A stretch of DNA of 64,000 nucleotides from Bacteroidia bacterium (GCA_039937835.1 JBDTFR010000105.1:28036-92035); one strand, 5' to 3'. Shown: positions 1 to 10,240, numbered from the stretch's first letter. Numbers and translations are program-made. Notes: generated by a model not told the origin, from the letters alone.

Positions 1-920
1 TAGTTTCATTTATTTTATCAGAAGCTTCAATTAAATTTTCGCCTGAACGTTTTACAATATTTAAGGTAATTACGTTTTTCCCTTCTAAGCGCGCATAACT
101 TTCTTGTTCTTTATTACCGTCTACTACCTGTGCTATATCTTTTAAATATAAATGAGCACCAGTAGGCGAATTAATAATTAGATTACCAATTTCGCTTACT
201 TTCTTAAATTCTCCTTGAATAGTAAGATTACGTTTCATACCATCCATCGGAACCAAGCCACCAGATATATTCATGTTTTCGTACTTCACGGCTTGCTCAA
301 TATCTCTTAATGTAAGCGAAGCAGCTTGTAGTTTATACATGTCTACATTAATTTGTATCTCTCTCTCTAAATCACCCACCATTACTACTTTAGAGATGTA
401 CCTCATGGCTTCTATTTTATCTTTTAAATCATCAGCATATTGCTTTAATTTATTAAGATCCATGTCGCCGGCTAAATTAACATACATAATAGGTAAGTCA
501 GAAAAAGCCACTTCCATCACATTTGGTTGGCGAGTAAGGTCTTTCGGCAAATCGGTTGCCGCTTTATCTACCGCATCTTTCACTTTTTGTTTGGCAATAG
601 CAACATCTACATTGGTATTAAATTCAACCGTTATAACTGATACATCTTGTAAAGAAGTTGAATTTAATTTTTTTACTCCTGATATAGATTTTAATTGTTT
701 TTCAATGGGCTTTGTAACTAAGTTTTCAATATTGGTAGGTGAGTTACCAAAATATACGGTATTGATATAAATAGTGGGTACAACGATGTCTGGAAAACTT
801 TCTTTGGGAATACTGTTATAGGCAGATATACCCATAAGTGTAATAATAACGGTAAGCACATATATACTTATTTTATTATCAATTGCCCAGCTGGAGGGCT
901 TAAATTGTTTAAAGTTCATA
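1..920 (-). CDS. Efflux RND transporter permease subunit (AcrB/CzcA family), N-terminal part; the gene runs off the window start
   Basis: A minus-strand ATG at 918-920 opens a frame that stays open to position 1. The translation begins MNFKQFKPSSWAIDNKISIYVLTVIITLMGISAYNSIPKESFPDIVVPTIYINTVYFGNSP..., the typical RND N-terminus (TM1 followed by a periplasmic loop). It lies directly downstream of the MFP gene. The listed + ORF 273..770 is antisense to it. Confidence 0.85.
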
Positions 921-977
921 ATGGTATTTTTAATTCCGTTTTAATTGAAGGAAAATAAATTTGTTTAGGGTTTTTCT

Positions 978-2090
978 TTATTTAAAAGTGATGGGATCGC
1001 CCTGATTAATTAGGTCATAACCTGCTGTAATTAATAAATCACCTTCTGCTAATCCACTAGTAATTTCAGCCTTACCGTTATATTCTTGGCCTAGGGTTAC
1101 AATTCTTTTTTCTGCTTTATTATTTTTTGCAATAAATACAAAAGAAGCATTGCTTTCATCTTTCTGTATGGTTCTTACTGGTATGGCGATAAGTGGTTTT
1201 GGCGATTGAAAATCATTAATATTCAACTTGGCTACCATATTTGGATGGTATTCTTTTTTGTTATCTAATAATACTTCTACCGTAAAAGAGCGAGTACTAT
1301 TATTAATTGCTCTGGAAACAAAATTAACTTTCGAAACAATTGAATCATCGTTATCTGGAAAGTGTACAATTACTTCATTTCCTTTTTTGATTTTAGAAGC
1401 ATAGCTTTCTGATACATCTGCTTTTACTTTTAGGTTAGAAAAATTGATTACACGAATGGCTGGCATACCAGGTGCCACTAGTTGACCCATTTTAATATCA
1501 ATAGCATCCACTGTTCCTTCAATTGGTGAAATAATTTTACTCATGCGTATTTGTTCTTGTAAGGAACCCATCTTTTTCTCTATACTTTCTTTATTTGTTT
1601 TTGCTTGAAGAAATTGTATTTCGGTACCAATTTTTTGATCCCATAGGTTTTTTTGTTTTTGATAAATTTGATTCACCAAGTTTATATTTGTTTGCAAGTC
1701 GGCTATACTTTCAGAAAGCGCACGTGTATCTGTTTCTGCAAGTACTTGGCCTTTGGAAACCCTATCACCTACACTTACATTTATTTTATTAATCGTACCA
1801 GGTATTTCGGTACTTAAGGCTACGTTTTCTTCTGCATCTATTCTACCTTGTACCGCAATATAGTTTTTAAATATTTCCGGCTTTATGGGAACTGCCAATA
1901 CCGATATTGCATTTGCAGCAGCGGTTGAAGGCAAATCCGCTTCTAATACTGCAATTTTTGCTTTTATGTCAACCTCTTGTTTTTTTAACTCTTGTAATTG
2001 TGCTTTTTTACCTTCTTCACTTTTATTGCTTTTACTGCCACAAGCAGCAAGTAATAATGTTATTGACGAGATAAGAACTAATTTTTTCAT
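978..2090 (-). CDS. Efflux RND periplasmic adaptor (membrane fusion protein, HlyD/AcrA family), lipoprotein
   Basis: The lipoprotein signal MKKLVLISSITLLLAACGS is followed by a coiled-coil hairpin and beta-barrel segments. The gene sits between TolC-like and RND genes on the same strand. Confidence 0.85.
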   Translation of the reverse strand: MKKLVLISSITLLLAACGSKSNKSEEGKKAQLQELKKQEVDIKAKIAVLEADLPSTAAANAISVLAVPIKPEIFKNYIAVQGRIDAEENVALSTEIPGTINKINVSVGDRVSKGQVLAETDTRALSESIADLQTNINLVNQIYQKQKNLWDQKIGTEIQFLQAKTNKESIEKKMGSLQEQIRMSKIISPIEGTVDAIDIKMGQLVAPGMPAIRVINFSNLKVKADVSESYASKIKKGNEVIVHFPDNDDSIVSKVNFVSRAINNSTRSFTVEVLLDNKKEYHPNMVAKLNINDFQSPKPLIAIPVRTIQKDESNASFVFIAKNNKAEKRIVTLGQEYNGKAEITSGLAEGDLLITAGYDLINQGDPITFK

Positions 2091-2137
2091 GTGTATTTTA
2101 ATTTAATAGCGTGTATTGTATATGATATAGTAGTTAA

Positions 2138-3508
2138 TTATTTTATTACGTTATTACCATTTGCCTTATCGTAATCGATTTTAGCAACTAAGGCATCAAA
2201 CATGGCATTGTAATAATTTGTTTGTGCTTCTTTTAATGCAGTTTCAGCAGTAACCAACTCTAAGTTAGAGCCAACACCTTGATCATATTTTATTTTAGCA
2301 ACTCGTGCTACATCTTCTGCTATGGTAATATTTTCTTTTTGTATGTCCAGTGAAGCCGATGCATTTTTTAGCATAGTACTAGTAGATGCTAGTTCTAAGT
2401 CAATCGATTTTCTTATAAAATCCATATTGTTTTCTGCCTCCATCACTTTTATTTTAGCTTGTTGATAACGAGCATTCCGTTGTAAGCCAGTAAATATTGG
2501 CAAAGAAACTTTTGCTCCGATAAGAGCAGTTGGGTACCATTTTTCACCTATTTTGAAAATATCAAAATTCTCACGTTGTGCTGTCCCGTTAATGCTACCA
2601 TAGGCAGCAGCAGTGGGTAAGTACGCTACTTTATTTCTTTTAAAATCAAGCGCGGCTAGTTTATATTGTACTTCAAATAAATTATATTCTACTCGCTTCG
2701 TATAATCAAATTTATCTACTGCTGCAGTAGCGGCTACATCTAATTTTACTGTTTCTAATTTATCTGTCAATATTAATTTGGTATTCATTTCCATGCCTAT
2801 TTGATATTTTAATAAATAGGTTCCCAACTCTAATAATCGTCTTACTTTATCTTGTTCTACCAGTAAACTATTGTAGGTAACGGTAAGACGATCGTAATCA
2901 ATTTTCTCTACAAATCCATTTTCTAAAAATACTTTTGTATCCTCTTTCGTTTTTTTTAATCGAACAATGTTTGCCTCCATTAATTTTATACGTTCCTGAT
3001 TAATTAGCACCGTATAATAGGCTTTGCTAACCAAAGCAGTAGTTTCAATCTTCGTACGCTCAGTAGATTTTTTGGAAAGTTCCACAAATACTTTAGCGGC
3101 TTTTAATCCTAACAGGTATTCACCGCTAAATAATAATTGACTAGCATCCGCACCTACAGTGCCTTGGTATTGAGTCCCAAACTTAACAGGAATAAAGGTA
3201 CCTGGCTTCCCCCCAAAAAATTCAGCTGGTATTAAAGAAGTTGGAATTTGCAAAAAGTCTTTTACATCAAAACTCGTATTGATTTGAGGAAGACCTAATC
3301 CCGTTATTTCATTTACCTTTTGTTTTGCAACTTGTTCTTCGAGCACTGCATTTTTTACATCTTTTTGATTTTGCATGGCATAATCAATGGCTTGTTGTAA
3401 TGAAAAAGAAACCGAAGCACTGTCACCTGTTTGTGAAAAGACGGCAGATGAAACGGTTAACCCTATTAGTAATACTATTATACTTTTCATACTGTTTGAA
3501 TAATTCAA
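2138..3508 (-). CDS. TolC-family outer membrane efflux protein
   Basis: A signal peptide precedes 456 aa with the two-repeat alpha/beta architecture typical of OEP/TolC. It is the first structural gene after the TetR gene in a TetR-OMP-MFP-RND operon. Confidence 0.85.
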   Translation of the reverse strand: MNYSNSMKSIIVLLIGLTVSSAVFSQTGDSASVSFSLQQAIDYAMQNQKDVKNAVLEEQVAKQKVNEITGLGLPQINTSFDVKDFLQIPTSLIPAEFFGGKPGTFIPVKFGTQYQGTVGADASQLLFSGEYLLGLKAAKVFVELSKKSTERTKIETTALVSKAYYTVLINQERIKLMEANIVRLKKTKEDTKVFLENGFVEKIDYDRLTVTYNSLLVEQDKVRRLLELGTYLLKYQIGMEMNTKLILTDKLETVKLDVAATAAVDKFDYTKRVEYNLFEVQYKLAALDFKRNKVAYLPTAAAYGSINGTAQRENFDIFKIGEKWYPTALIGAKVSLPIFTGLQRNARYQQAKIKVMEAENNMDFIRKSIDLELASTSTMLKNASASLDIQKENITIAEDVARVAKIKYDQGVGSNLELVTAETALKEAQTNYYNAMFDALVAKIDYDKANGNNVIK

Positions 3509-3562
3509 AGTTTATATTTAAATTTTTATTTTAATTTATTATTTAATTTTTGATGCAAACGC

Positions 3563-4177
3563 TTAATCTTCTTCTATAATTTCTTTGTATTTGTTAATCA
3601 ACTTATGCCCCTTTATAGTACAAATGCCATGAAGGAAATAATCTAAAGAAGCCAATTGTACTTCTGCCATTTTAAAAGTATTGGGTGAAAATATTTCTGA
3701 ATTAAAACCCATTTCCATTTCTGCCATTCGTAACGTAGCAATAATTTTTGTGTTGATATCTGGGCGTACTAGTCCTTGTTTTATGCCAGTGTTTAAGCTA
3801 TCTTCTACCATTTTACTGATGCATTCTTCTTTAAATTTTTTAAAATCGTTCCAACTTTTAGGATAATATTTTTGAAGATCATAAAACAGGTTTGGATTAA
3901 TTCTTGTAAATAAAGTAGACATGTGTTTCATGATACTAAAAATCTCTACAATTATATTATCAGATTCTGACTGCATTTTCTTGCAGATAGCTTCTTCATG
4001 ATGCAACTTATTTTTAAGCAAAGTTTCTACCACGTCATTCTTATGGCTATAAAATTGATAAATGGTTTTTTTTGAAATAGATAAATATTTTGCAATATCA
4101 TCCATTGTAATGCTTTTGATGCCGTACTTAAAAAACAGTTCTTCTGCTCCTTGCAATATTCTGTCTTTTGGTTCCAT
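3563..4177 (-). CDS. TetR/AcrR family transcriptional regulator
   Basis: The N-terminal HTH reads ILQGAEELFFKYGIKSITMDDIAKYLSISKKTIYQFY (TetR_N). The protein is about 200 aa and sits at the head of the efflux operon. Confidence 0.85.
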   Translation of the reverse strand: MEPKDRILQGAEELFFKYGIKSITMDDIAKYLSISKKTIYQFYSHKNDVVETLLKNKLHHEEAICKKMQSESDNIIVEIFSIMKHMSTLFTRINPNLFYDLQKYYPKSWNDFKKFKEECISKMVEDSLNTGIKQGLVRPDINTKIIATLRMAEMEMGFNSEIFSPNTFKMAEVQLASLDYFLHGICTIKGHKLINKYKEIIEED

Positions 4178-4688
4178 TAATCTTACCTTTCTTTATTTTT
4201 AAAATTTGCGCACACAAAACTATGGAAACATTTTTAATCTCCAAAGTTTCCGCTTGTCTTTTTTTGATTTTTTTTATCTTCTGCTGATAATCAATAAAAA
4301 CCAGATGGATTAATATGTATGCAGATTCCTTTGGTCTATAAAAAAACAAATCTAAGCAGTAATAATCGCTAAATATTGAAGTTTTTGAAGTGTTTATTGA
4401 TAAAATAAGTTCGTTACGTTTAGAAATGGACGCATTAAAAAATCCTTAAACGGATTAATCCATTAATAAAGAAGATTAAACTTGTTCCGTATTATTTTTT
4501 ACTTTTACGCAGCTTTATAATTAGAAAGAAAAGGATCTATTTTTGATTATATAAATTAATCATTATTAAAGGTCAATCTATAAAAATTAAGGGTATTAAT
4601 TTTACGCGAATTATTATTTGTGAACTTATTAATTACTGAAAAATAAAGCAACCTCAACATTTATTAAAATTAAAATAATCAACATTCA
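4178..4688. promoter_or_regulatory. Divergent promoter/operator region between the TetR-efflux operon and asnS
   Basis: A 511-bp AT-rich intergenic region separates the divergent genes. It contains the inverted repeat GGAAAC-N18-GTTTCC around 4221-4250 and a perfect 10-bp palindrome GGATTAATCC at about 4449-4458. These are candidate operators, unverified. Confidence 0.3.
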
Positions 4689-6122
4689 ATGAAAAGAACC
4701 AAAGTAAAAGCCTTGCTAAGTTCAACAGCATATGGTACGGAAGTAAATGTAAAAGGGTGGGTACGTACCTTTCGTAACAATCAATTTATTGCCATTAATG
4801 ATGGTTCTACCATTAATAATATACAAGCTGTAATTACCTTAGCAACTTTTGATGATGCGCTATTAAAAAGACTTACAACAGGCGCTGCGGTTAGTGTTAC
4901 AGGAGAACTAATAGAATCGATGGGGAAAGGACAAGCTGTTGAAATTAAAGTAAAAACCTTAGAAATACTTGGTGATAGTGATGCAGAAAAATTTCCGCTA
5001 CAACCTAAAAAACACAGTCTTGAATTTTTACGCGAAATAGCACATTTACGTTTTAGAACCAACACCTTTAATGCAGTGTTTAGAGTGCGTCATGCATTAG
5101 CCTTTGCCGTACATCGGTTTTTTAATGAGCGTGAATTTGTTTATTTACATACGCCTATTATTACGGCTTCTGATGCCGAAGGTGCTGGTGAAATGTTTAA
5201 AGTAACCGCCTTTGATTTTAATAATTTACCTCGTACCGAAAATGGAGAACTTGATTTTAAACAAGATTTTTTTGGTAAAGCCACTAATCTTACCGTATCC
5301 GGACAATTAGAGGGAGAACTAGCTGCCATGGCATTGGGAGAAATTTATACTTTTGGTCCTACTTTTAGAGCAGAAAATTCTAACACCACTCGCCATTTAG
5401 CAGAGTTTTGGATGATTGAACCCGAAGTGGCTTTTGCCGATTTAAATGATAACATGCAATTAGCAGAAGATCTTTTAAAATACGTGATTAACCATGCCTT
5501 AACACATTGTAAAGACGAATTAGAATTTTTAAAAACTCGTTTATTAGAAGAAGAAAAATCAAAACCAGAAAATGAACGTTCGGAATTAGATTTGCTAGCG
5601 AAATTAAATTTTTGTTTAACAAATGATTTTGAACGGTTAACCTATACACAGGCAATTGAAATTCTTAAAAATTCTACGCCGAATAAAAAGAAAAAATTTA
5701 AATATATTATTGAAGAATGGGGTGCCGATTTACAAAGTGAGCACGAACGATATTTGGTAGAAAAACATTTTAAAAAACCGGTTATACTTACGGATTACCC
5801 TAAAGATATTAAATCGTTTTACATGCGCCAAAATGAAGATGGTAAAACGGTAGGGGCTATGGATATTCTATTTCCTGGCATTGGTGAAATTATTGGCGGT
5901 TCACAACGAGAAGAACGCTTAGATTTATTAACGAAGCGAATGCAAGAAATGCACATACCTACCGAAGAACTTTATTGGTATTTAGATACCCGCAGATTTG
6001 GTAGCGCGCCGCATTCTGGCTTTGGTTTAGGTTTTGAACGCCTGGTGCTTTTTGTTACCGGCATGACTAATATTCGTGATGTGATTCCTTTTCCGCGGGC
6101 GCCGAAGATGGCGGAATTTTAA
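4689..6122 (+). CDS. asnS: Asparagine--tRNA ligase
   Basis: The 477-aa class II aaRS has an N-terminal OB anticodon-binding domain. It carries [21 protein letters not shown] (motif 2 region) and GGSQREER...[10 protein letters not shown] (motif 3). Confidence 0.92.
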   Translation: MKRTKVKALLSSTAYGTEVNVKGWVRTFRNNQFIAINDGSTINNIQAVITLATFDDALLKRLTTGAAVSVTGELIESMGKGQAVEIKVKTLEILGDSDAEKFPLQPKKHSLEFLREIAHLRFRTNTFNAVFRVRHALAFAVHRFFNEREFVYLHTPIITASDAEGAGEMFKVTAFDFNNLPRTENGELDFKQDFFGKATNLTVSGQLEGELAAMALGEIYTFGPTFRAENSNTTRHLAEFWMIEPEVAFADLNDNMQLAEDLLKYVINHALTHCKDELEFLKTRLLEEEKSKPENERSELDLLAKLNFCLTNDFERLTYTQAIEILKNSTPNKKKKFKYIIEEWGADLQSEHERYLVEKHFKKPVILTDYPKDIKSFYMRQNEDGKTVGAMDILFPGIGEIIGGSQREERLDLLTKRMQEMHIPTEELYWYLDTRRFGSAPHSGFGLGFERLVLFVTGMTNIRDVIPFPRAPKMAEF

Positions 6123-6312
6123 GGGGTTTGTTTTATTTGAGAATTGATTTTTGTTGGCTTAACATTTTATTGTAGATGAGAATATTTTATAGATAATAGA
6201 AATGGTAGTATTGTATTAATATTGTCCTAAGCAATCAAAAGACAAGTGAAGGAGATATTTTATAATAAAACTTTAACAAACGAAATATTTAACTCAATAT
6301 GAAAATTTTAAA

Positions 6313-6921
6313 TTGATTTTATTGCTTGCAACTATCTTTACCGTTAATGGATTAGCACAAAATGCGGAAGCTGATCGGGAAAAAGTTATTGTAACCAGAA
6401 ATAGTGATGATGTCAAAGGGCTTAGAAGAGCGGGAGATGTGAGTGCAGAAACAAGCAGAATATATGGAAAACAATCAAAACTAAGAGAAGAAACAACAAT
6501 TAAAATCAAAAAAGAAGCTGCAAAAATTGGAGCTTCAATTGTATTTATTCAAGTTGATGAATTTGCTATGACTCCAATAAACAATGTTAATATGATTGGC
6601 GTTGCATATTTTCAGAATAATAATGATTCTATATTAAACAAGGTTGTTACAAATAATCAGAGCATTACTGACGCTGACTGGGAAATGATTATTGTAACAC
6701 GTAATAAAGACGATACTAGCGGATATAAAAGAATAGGAGATGTAAGTGCAGAAACAAGCAGATTGTATGGGAAACAATCGAAGCTAAGAGAGGAAACAAC
6801 AATTAAGATCAAAAAAGAAGCTGCAAAAATTGGTGCTTCAATTGTATTCATTCAAGTTGATGAATTTGCAATGAGCCCAATAAATAATATTAATATGATT
6901 GGCGTTGCATATAGGAAATAA
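6313..6921 (+). CDS. Secreted tandem-repeat protein, two BhsA/YdgH-like (DUF1471-like) domains
   Basis: A TTG start gives the signal-like N-terminus MILLLATIFTVNGLAQN. Two repeats of about 101 aa follow, each containing GDVSAETSR.YGKQSKLREETTIKIKKEAAKIGASIVFIQVDEF...NMIGVAY. This resembles the ...A...A.K.GA....I.......G.A.aYK pattern of DUF1471. An ATG 14 nt upstream (6299) is in another frame and stops after 5 codons. Confidence 0.5.
   Translation: MILLLATIFTVNGLAQNAEADREKVIVTRNSDDVKGLRRAGDVSAETSRIYGKQSKLREETTIKIKKEAAKIGASIVFIQVDEFAMTPINNVNMIGVAYFQNNNDSILNKVVTNNQSITDADWEMIIVTRNKDDTSGYKRIGDVSAETSRLYGKQSKLREETTIKIKKEAAKIGASIVFIQVDEFAMSPINNINMIGVAYRK
6380..6918. repeat. Tandem direct duplication (2 x about 303 nt, roughly 90% identical) inside the CDS
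   Basis: Copy 1 (about 6380-6615) and copy 2 (about 6683-6918) align with an offset of exactly 303 nt (for example GATGTGAGTGCAGAAACAAGCAG at 6436 and GATGTAAGTGCAGAAACAAGCAG at 6739). The minus-strand ORFs 6294..6509 and 6657..6851 are antisense copies of the same repeat. Confidence 0.85.
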
Positions 6922-7121
6922 ACTTCATATAGCAACTGTACATAGTGTCGAGCCTTATTCGTGCTTCTAATGGACAGAAAGATTGAATATTACAAAGAAG
7001 CCACATTCAATAATGAAAAAATAAAAAGTAATTGAACTTATGTTTGTTCTGAAAATGGTCGTTATTAAACAGACTCAAGTTGTTGCTGTTAGAAAAAATG
7101 AAAGTGTTTCAATAATTATTT

Positions 7122-7901
7122 ATGAGTTACCCGAAATTTTTTAAAAATAATGTAAATTCAGATATTTATATTGGTACAGGTGCGGGAGCTAAATTATTGA
7201 AAGATATAGAAGATGCCCAAACTTCAATTAGAATTATATCTCCATATCTGAATCGCAGCTACGTTGAAAAACTAATTAATTTAAAAGAAGCAGGCAAGGA
7301 TGTAAGTTTGATCACATCTGATTTAATAGAAGATTTTTATGATAATAGAAATCTTCGAAAGTTGATTATACAAAATAGATCGACGATTAGTGAAGCTAAA
7401 GTAAAGCGTGATTTTTTGATTAAATGTAAAAATTGGATGCTAATTTTTTCATCGATTATTCCCATTTTGTTTTTTATTGATTTGTATATTGGCAGGGAAA
7501 CTAAGATTTTATATTTGATTATATTTTCACTTTTATATGCTATTGCTTTATGGATGATAAATTCAAAAATTAAGAGGTTGCGGATTTACAGATATTCCTA
7601 TGAGACTTTATTTCCTATTAAAGTATTTCTGACACCTAATGCTAAGGATTACTTTAATCATAGTACTTACTTCATTCATTCTAAAGTTTATGTTATAGAT
7701 AATAAAGTAGCGTACTTAGGTTCTTTAAATTTTACATTCGGTGGATTTCAAACAAATTTCGAGACTCGAATTAGAGTTTCCGATGCAGAAACAATAAAAG
7801 GAATTAATTATATGTTTAATGAATTGTTTTATTCTAACGAAAATTCGTTTGTTGAGATTGAGCAACTTGCTAAAAGAGTTTACAGAGAACCAATAAATTA
7901 A
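7122..7901 (+). CDS. Phospholipase D / Nuc-like single-HKD protein with an internal two-helix transmembrane insertion
   Basis: The N-terminus resembles the first strands of the Nuc/PLD fold (IYIGTGAGAKLLKDIEDAQTSIRIISPY...AGKDVSLITSD). The C-terminus has a perfect H-x-K-x4-D-x6-G-S-x-N motif (HSKVYVIDNKVAYLGSLN). Between them are two hydrophobic helices (WMLIFSSIIPILFFIDLYIG and ILYLIIFSLLYAIALWMINS). Confidence 0.65.
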   Translation: MSYPKFFKNNVNSDIYIGTGAGAKLLKDIEDAQTSIRIISPYLNRSYVEKLINLKEAGKDVSLITSDLIEDFYDNRNLRKLIIQNRSTISEAKVKRDFLIKCKNWMLIFSSIIPILFFIDLYIGRETKILYLIIFSLLYAIALWMINSKIKRLRIYRYSYETLFPIKVFLTPNAKDYFNHSTYFIHSKVYVIDNKVAYLGSLNFTFGGFQTNFETRIRVSDAETIKGINYMFNELFYSNENSFVEIEQLAKRVYREPIN

Positions 7902-8009
7902 TAGAAGGTAACTCCGCCATCATTAATTTACGTTATAAAATTAAAGACAATTTTATACTCTTGCTTTATACGTAAAACAGTAATTCAAAAAATAAATAAA
8001 ATTCGCAAA

Positions 8010-8984
8010 ATGAAAGCAGTCGTTGTATTTAAAAAAGGTGAATTACCAAAGTATGTAGAGAACTTTGCAGAACCAGTAGTACAAAATGAAAATGAATTGT
8101 TGATTTATGTTAAAGCAGCAGCTATAAAAAATCTTGACAAATTGCGTGCGAGTGGAAAACATTATTCTACACAACATGAGGAATGGAAAGCAAAAGTAGT
8201 TGGTGGAGATGGTATTGGTTTACTTTCAGACGGAACGCTAGTTTATGGGATAGGCCTGAGTGGCATGCTAGCCGAAAAAGCTATTATAGAAAAAGACAAG
8301 TTAGTAAAATTACCTAATGGCATTAATATAGCAACTGCTGCTGCTTTGCCAAATGCAGTGATGGGTGCTGCGTTACCATTACGTTTTAAAGCGGCATTGC
8401 AAAAAGGAGAAACGGTATTGATAAATGGCGCAACAGGCGTTACAGGAAAAATTGCCGTGCAGATTGCTAAACATTATGGAGCAAAAAAAGTAATTGCAAC
8501 CGGAAGAAATGAAGAAACATTAAAAGAACTGTTATCATTGGGTGCAGATGAAATAATTTCAGTTCAACAAGATGATGAATCTTTTATTTCTCAAATTAAA
8601 AGTTCACATAACAAAAATCAGATTGACGTTGTAATTGATTATTTATGGGGACATAGTGCAGAATTAATTTTAAATGCACTTAAAGGAAATGGCGAATTTT
8701 CTCATTTTACCCGTTACTTTACAGTGGGTGCAATGGTTATTGACACGATCACCCTGTCATCATCTATTTTGCGTGCAACCAATATTAAAATTTCAGGTTC
8801 GGGATTAGGAACTTGGACAAAGTTAGAAATGAAGTTGCTATTTACTGAAATTCTTCCCGAAATGTTTCAGCTTGCCGCCGAAGGAAAACTAAAAATAGAA
8901 ACGGAAAATAAAGCACTAATAGACATCGAAAATGCTTGGAATATAAATATGGAGGGAGGAAAGCGATTGGTAGCTTTAATTTGA
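8010..8984 (+). CDS. MDR-family zinc-type alcohol dehydrogenase / NAD(P)H:quinone oxidoreductase-like protein
   Basis: The 324-aa protein has a GroES-like N-terminus and the Rossmann motif INGATGVTGKIAVQIAKHYGAKKVIATGRN. Confidence 0.75.
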   Translation: MKAVVVFKKGELPKYVENFAEPVVQNENELLIYVKAAAIKNLDKLRASGKHYSTQHEEWKAKVVGGDGIGLLSDGTLVYGIGLSGMLAEKAIIEKDKLVKLPNGINIATAAALPNAVMGAALPLRFKAALQKGETVLINGATGVTGKIAVQIAKHYGAKKVIATGRNEETLKELLSLGADEIISVQQDDESFISQIKSSHNKNQIDVVIDYLWGHSAELILNALKGNGEFSHFTRYFTVGAMVIDTITLSSSILRATNIKISGSGLGTWTKLEMKLLFTEILPEMFQLAAEGKLKIETENKALIDIENAWNINMEGGKRLVALI

Positions 8985-9162
8985 TAGAAAAAATAGAAGA
9001 ACTGGTTGCACCGCAGGCGATATGCTGAAGCGTTGTTATGTGTACAAAAACTTTTGCCGTCTGTTATTTTTATAAAAGCAAAAAATAGTTTACAATTACA
9101 TCCCTAAACTCAACACTTCAATACTATTAAAAATTTTATTTTATTATTGCGATTATATTTCT

Positions 9163-10200
9163 TTAAAAAGAACTGATGGGTGATGATCTAGGGTTTCCTG
9201 CTTCATCCATTCCAAAACTAGCACTTTTTGATTTAGAAGCCCTGCTTAGTTTAAATGACAAAGTGATTTCATGTGCATTCGCTTGTACAGCAACATTCTT
9301 TAAGTTTGAGTTAACCATATCGTAACTATACCCTAGTGTAAAATTTTTATGCTCAAAACCAACTAAAAAGGCGATGGCATCATGCGTTCTGTACCAAGCG
9401 CCAATCACCAGTTTTGCCTGCTCATTAAAACGATAATCTACATACACACCAGTGGCAGTTTCTAAATTTCCGCCTTGTGAATTCATTCTAAAATTCGGGC
9501 TAACATCAATTTTATTATCTCCAAGAATTTTTATTCCGCCCTGATAAGCAAATCGCAAAGGAGTAGCAGCATCTTCACCTAAAAAGGATTCATTCGGTTT
9601 GTTAAGATGATAACCCGCAATTCCTGCATACGCATTTAACTTCGATTTTTCTCTGCTAGGATTGTAAAACCACATTAAGCCAAATCCTAGTTCGGGGTGA
9701 TTCTCACTTTTATTAAGTCCAAATTCATTAGAAGGATTTGAAGCGTTGTATGCGCCCATTACATATTGGTAATCAAACGTCTGTTTACTGATGTCTACTG
9801 ATTGCTGCACAAAGCCGCCCATTAGCGCTAATGTTAAAATATTATTTGGTGCAATTTCTTGATTATAATCAATAGCAAGTGCGGCATCAAAAACTTTGAA
9901 TGCACCCATTTTATCGTTTATGATAGAGGCGCCGATATCCAACTTACTTTTCCCTTCATTAAAAAACAAGGGATACATACCAGTAAACGAAAAGGTTTTA
10001 TATCCGTTATCAATTGCAGCAAACTGACTGCGGTAATTAAGGATGGCTTTAATATCCGTATTAACACCCATTATGGCAGGGTTAATGCGTAACGGGTTGG
10101 AGTATGATTGTGAAAATCGCATATCTTGCGCAACAAGTTCAGCTTGGTTGAATAAATTAAACAGAAGTAGGTTTAAGAAGAGTATGTATATTTTTTTCAT
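9163..10200 (-). CDS. Type IX secretion system membrane protein, PorP/SprF family
   Basis: A signal peptide is followed by QDMRFSQSYSNPLRINPAIMG and NYRSQF, the hallmark N-terminus of PorP/SprF beta-barrels. The gene lies immediately downstream of a type-B CTD cargo gene. Confidence 0.8.
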   Translation of the reverse strand: MKKIYILFLNLLLFNLFNQAELVAQDMRFSQSYSNPLRINPAIMGVNTDIKAILNYRSQFAAIDNGYKTFSFTGMYPLFFNEGKSKLDIGASIINDKMGAFKVFDAALAIDYNQEIAPNNILTLALMGGFVQQSVDISKQTFDYQYVMGAYNASNPSNEFGLNKSENHPELGFGLMWFYNPSREKSKLNAYAGIAGYHLNKPNESFLGEDAATPLRFAYQGGIKILGDNKIDVSPNFRMNSQGGNLETATGVYVDYRFNEQAKLVIGAWYRTHDAIAFLVGFEHKNFTLGYSYDMVNSNLKNVAVQANAHEITLSFKLSRASKSKSASFGMDEAGNPRSSPISSF

Positions 10201-10240
10201 AAGAAGAGTTATAAAATTCAGTTCGTTTTATTTTTTTGAG

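Noticed and set aside
273-770. 165-aa + strand ORF at the start of the window
   Set aside because: It lies entirely antisense within the minus-strand RND efflux permease frame (1-920), which has a convincing AcrB-type N-terminus. Its composition looks like a shadow ORF.
1595-2106. Two short + ORFs (65 and 73 aa) inside the MFP gene
   Set aside because: They are antisense shadows of a well-supported CDS and match no recognisable domain.
6294-6851. Two minus-strand ORFs (71 and 64 aa) with near-identical sequences
   Set aside because: Both are antisense readings of the two copies of the 303-nt tandem repeat within the + strand gene. Their similarity to each other simply reflects the duplication.
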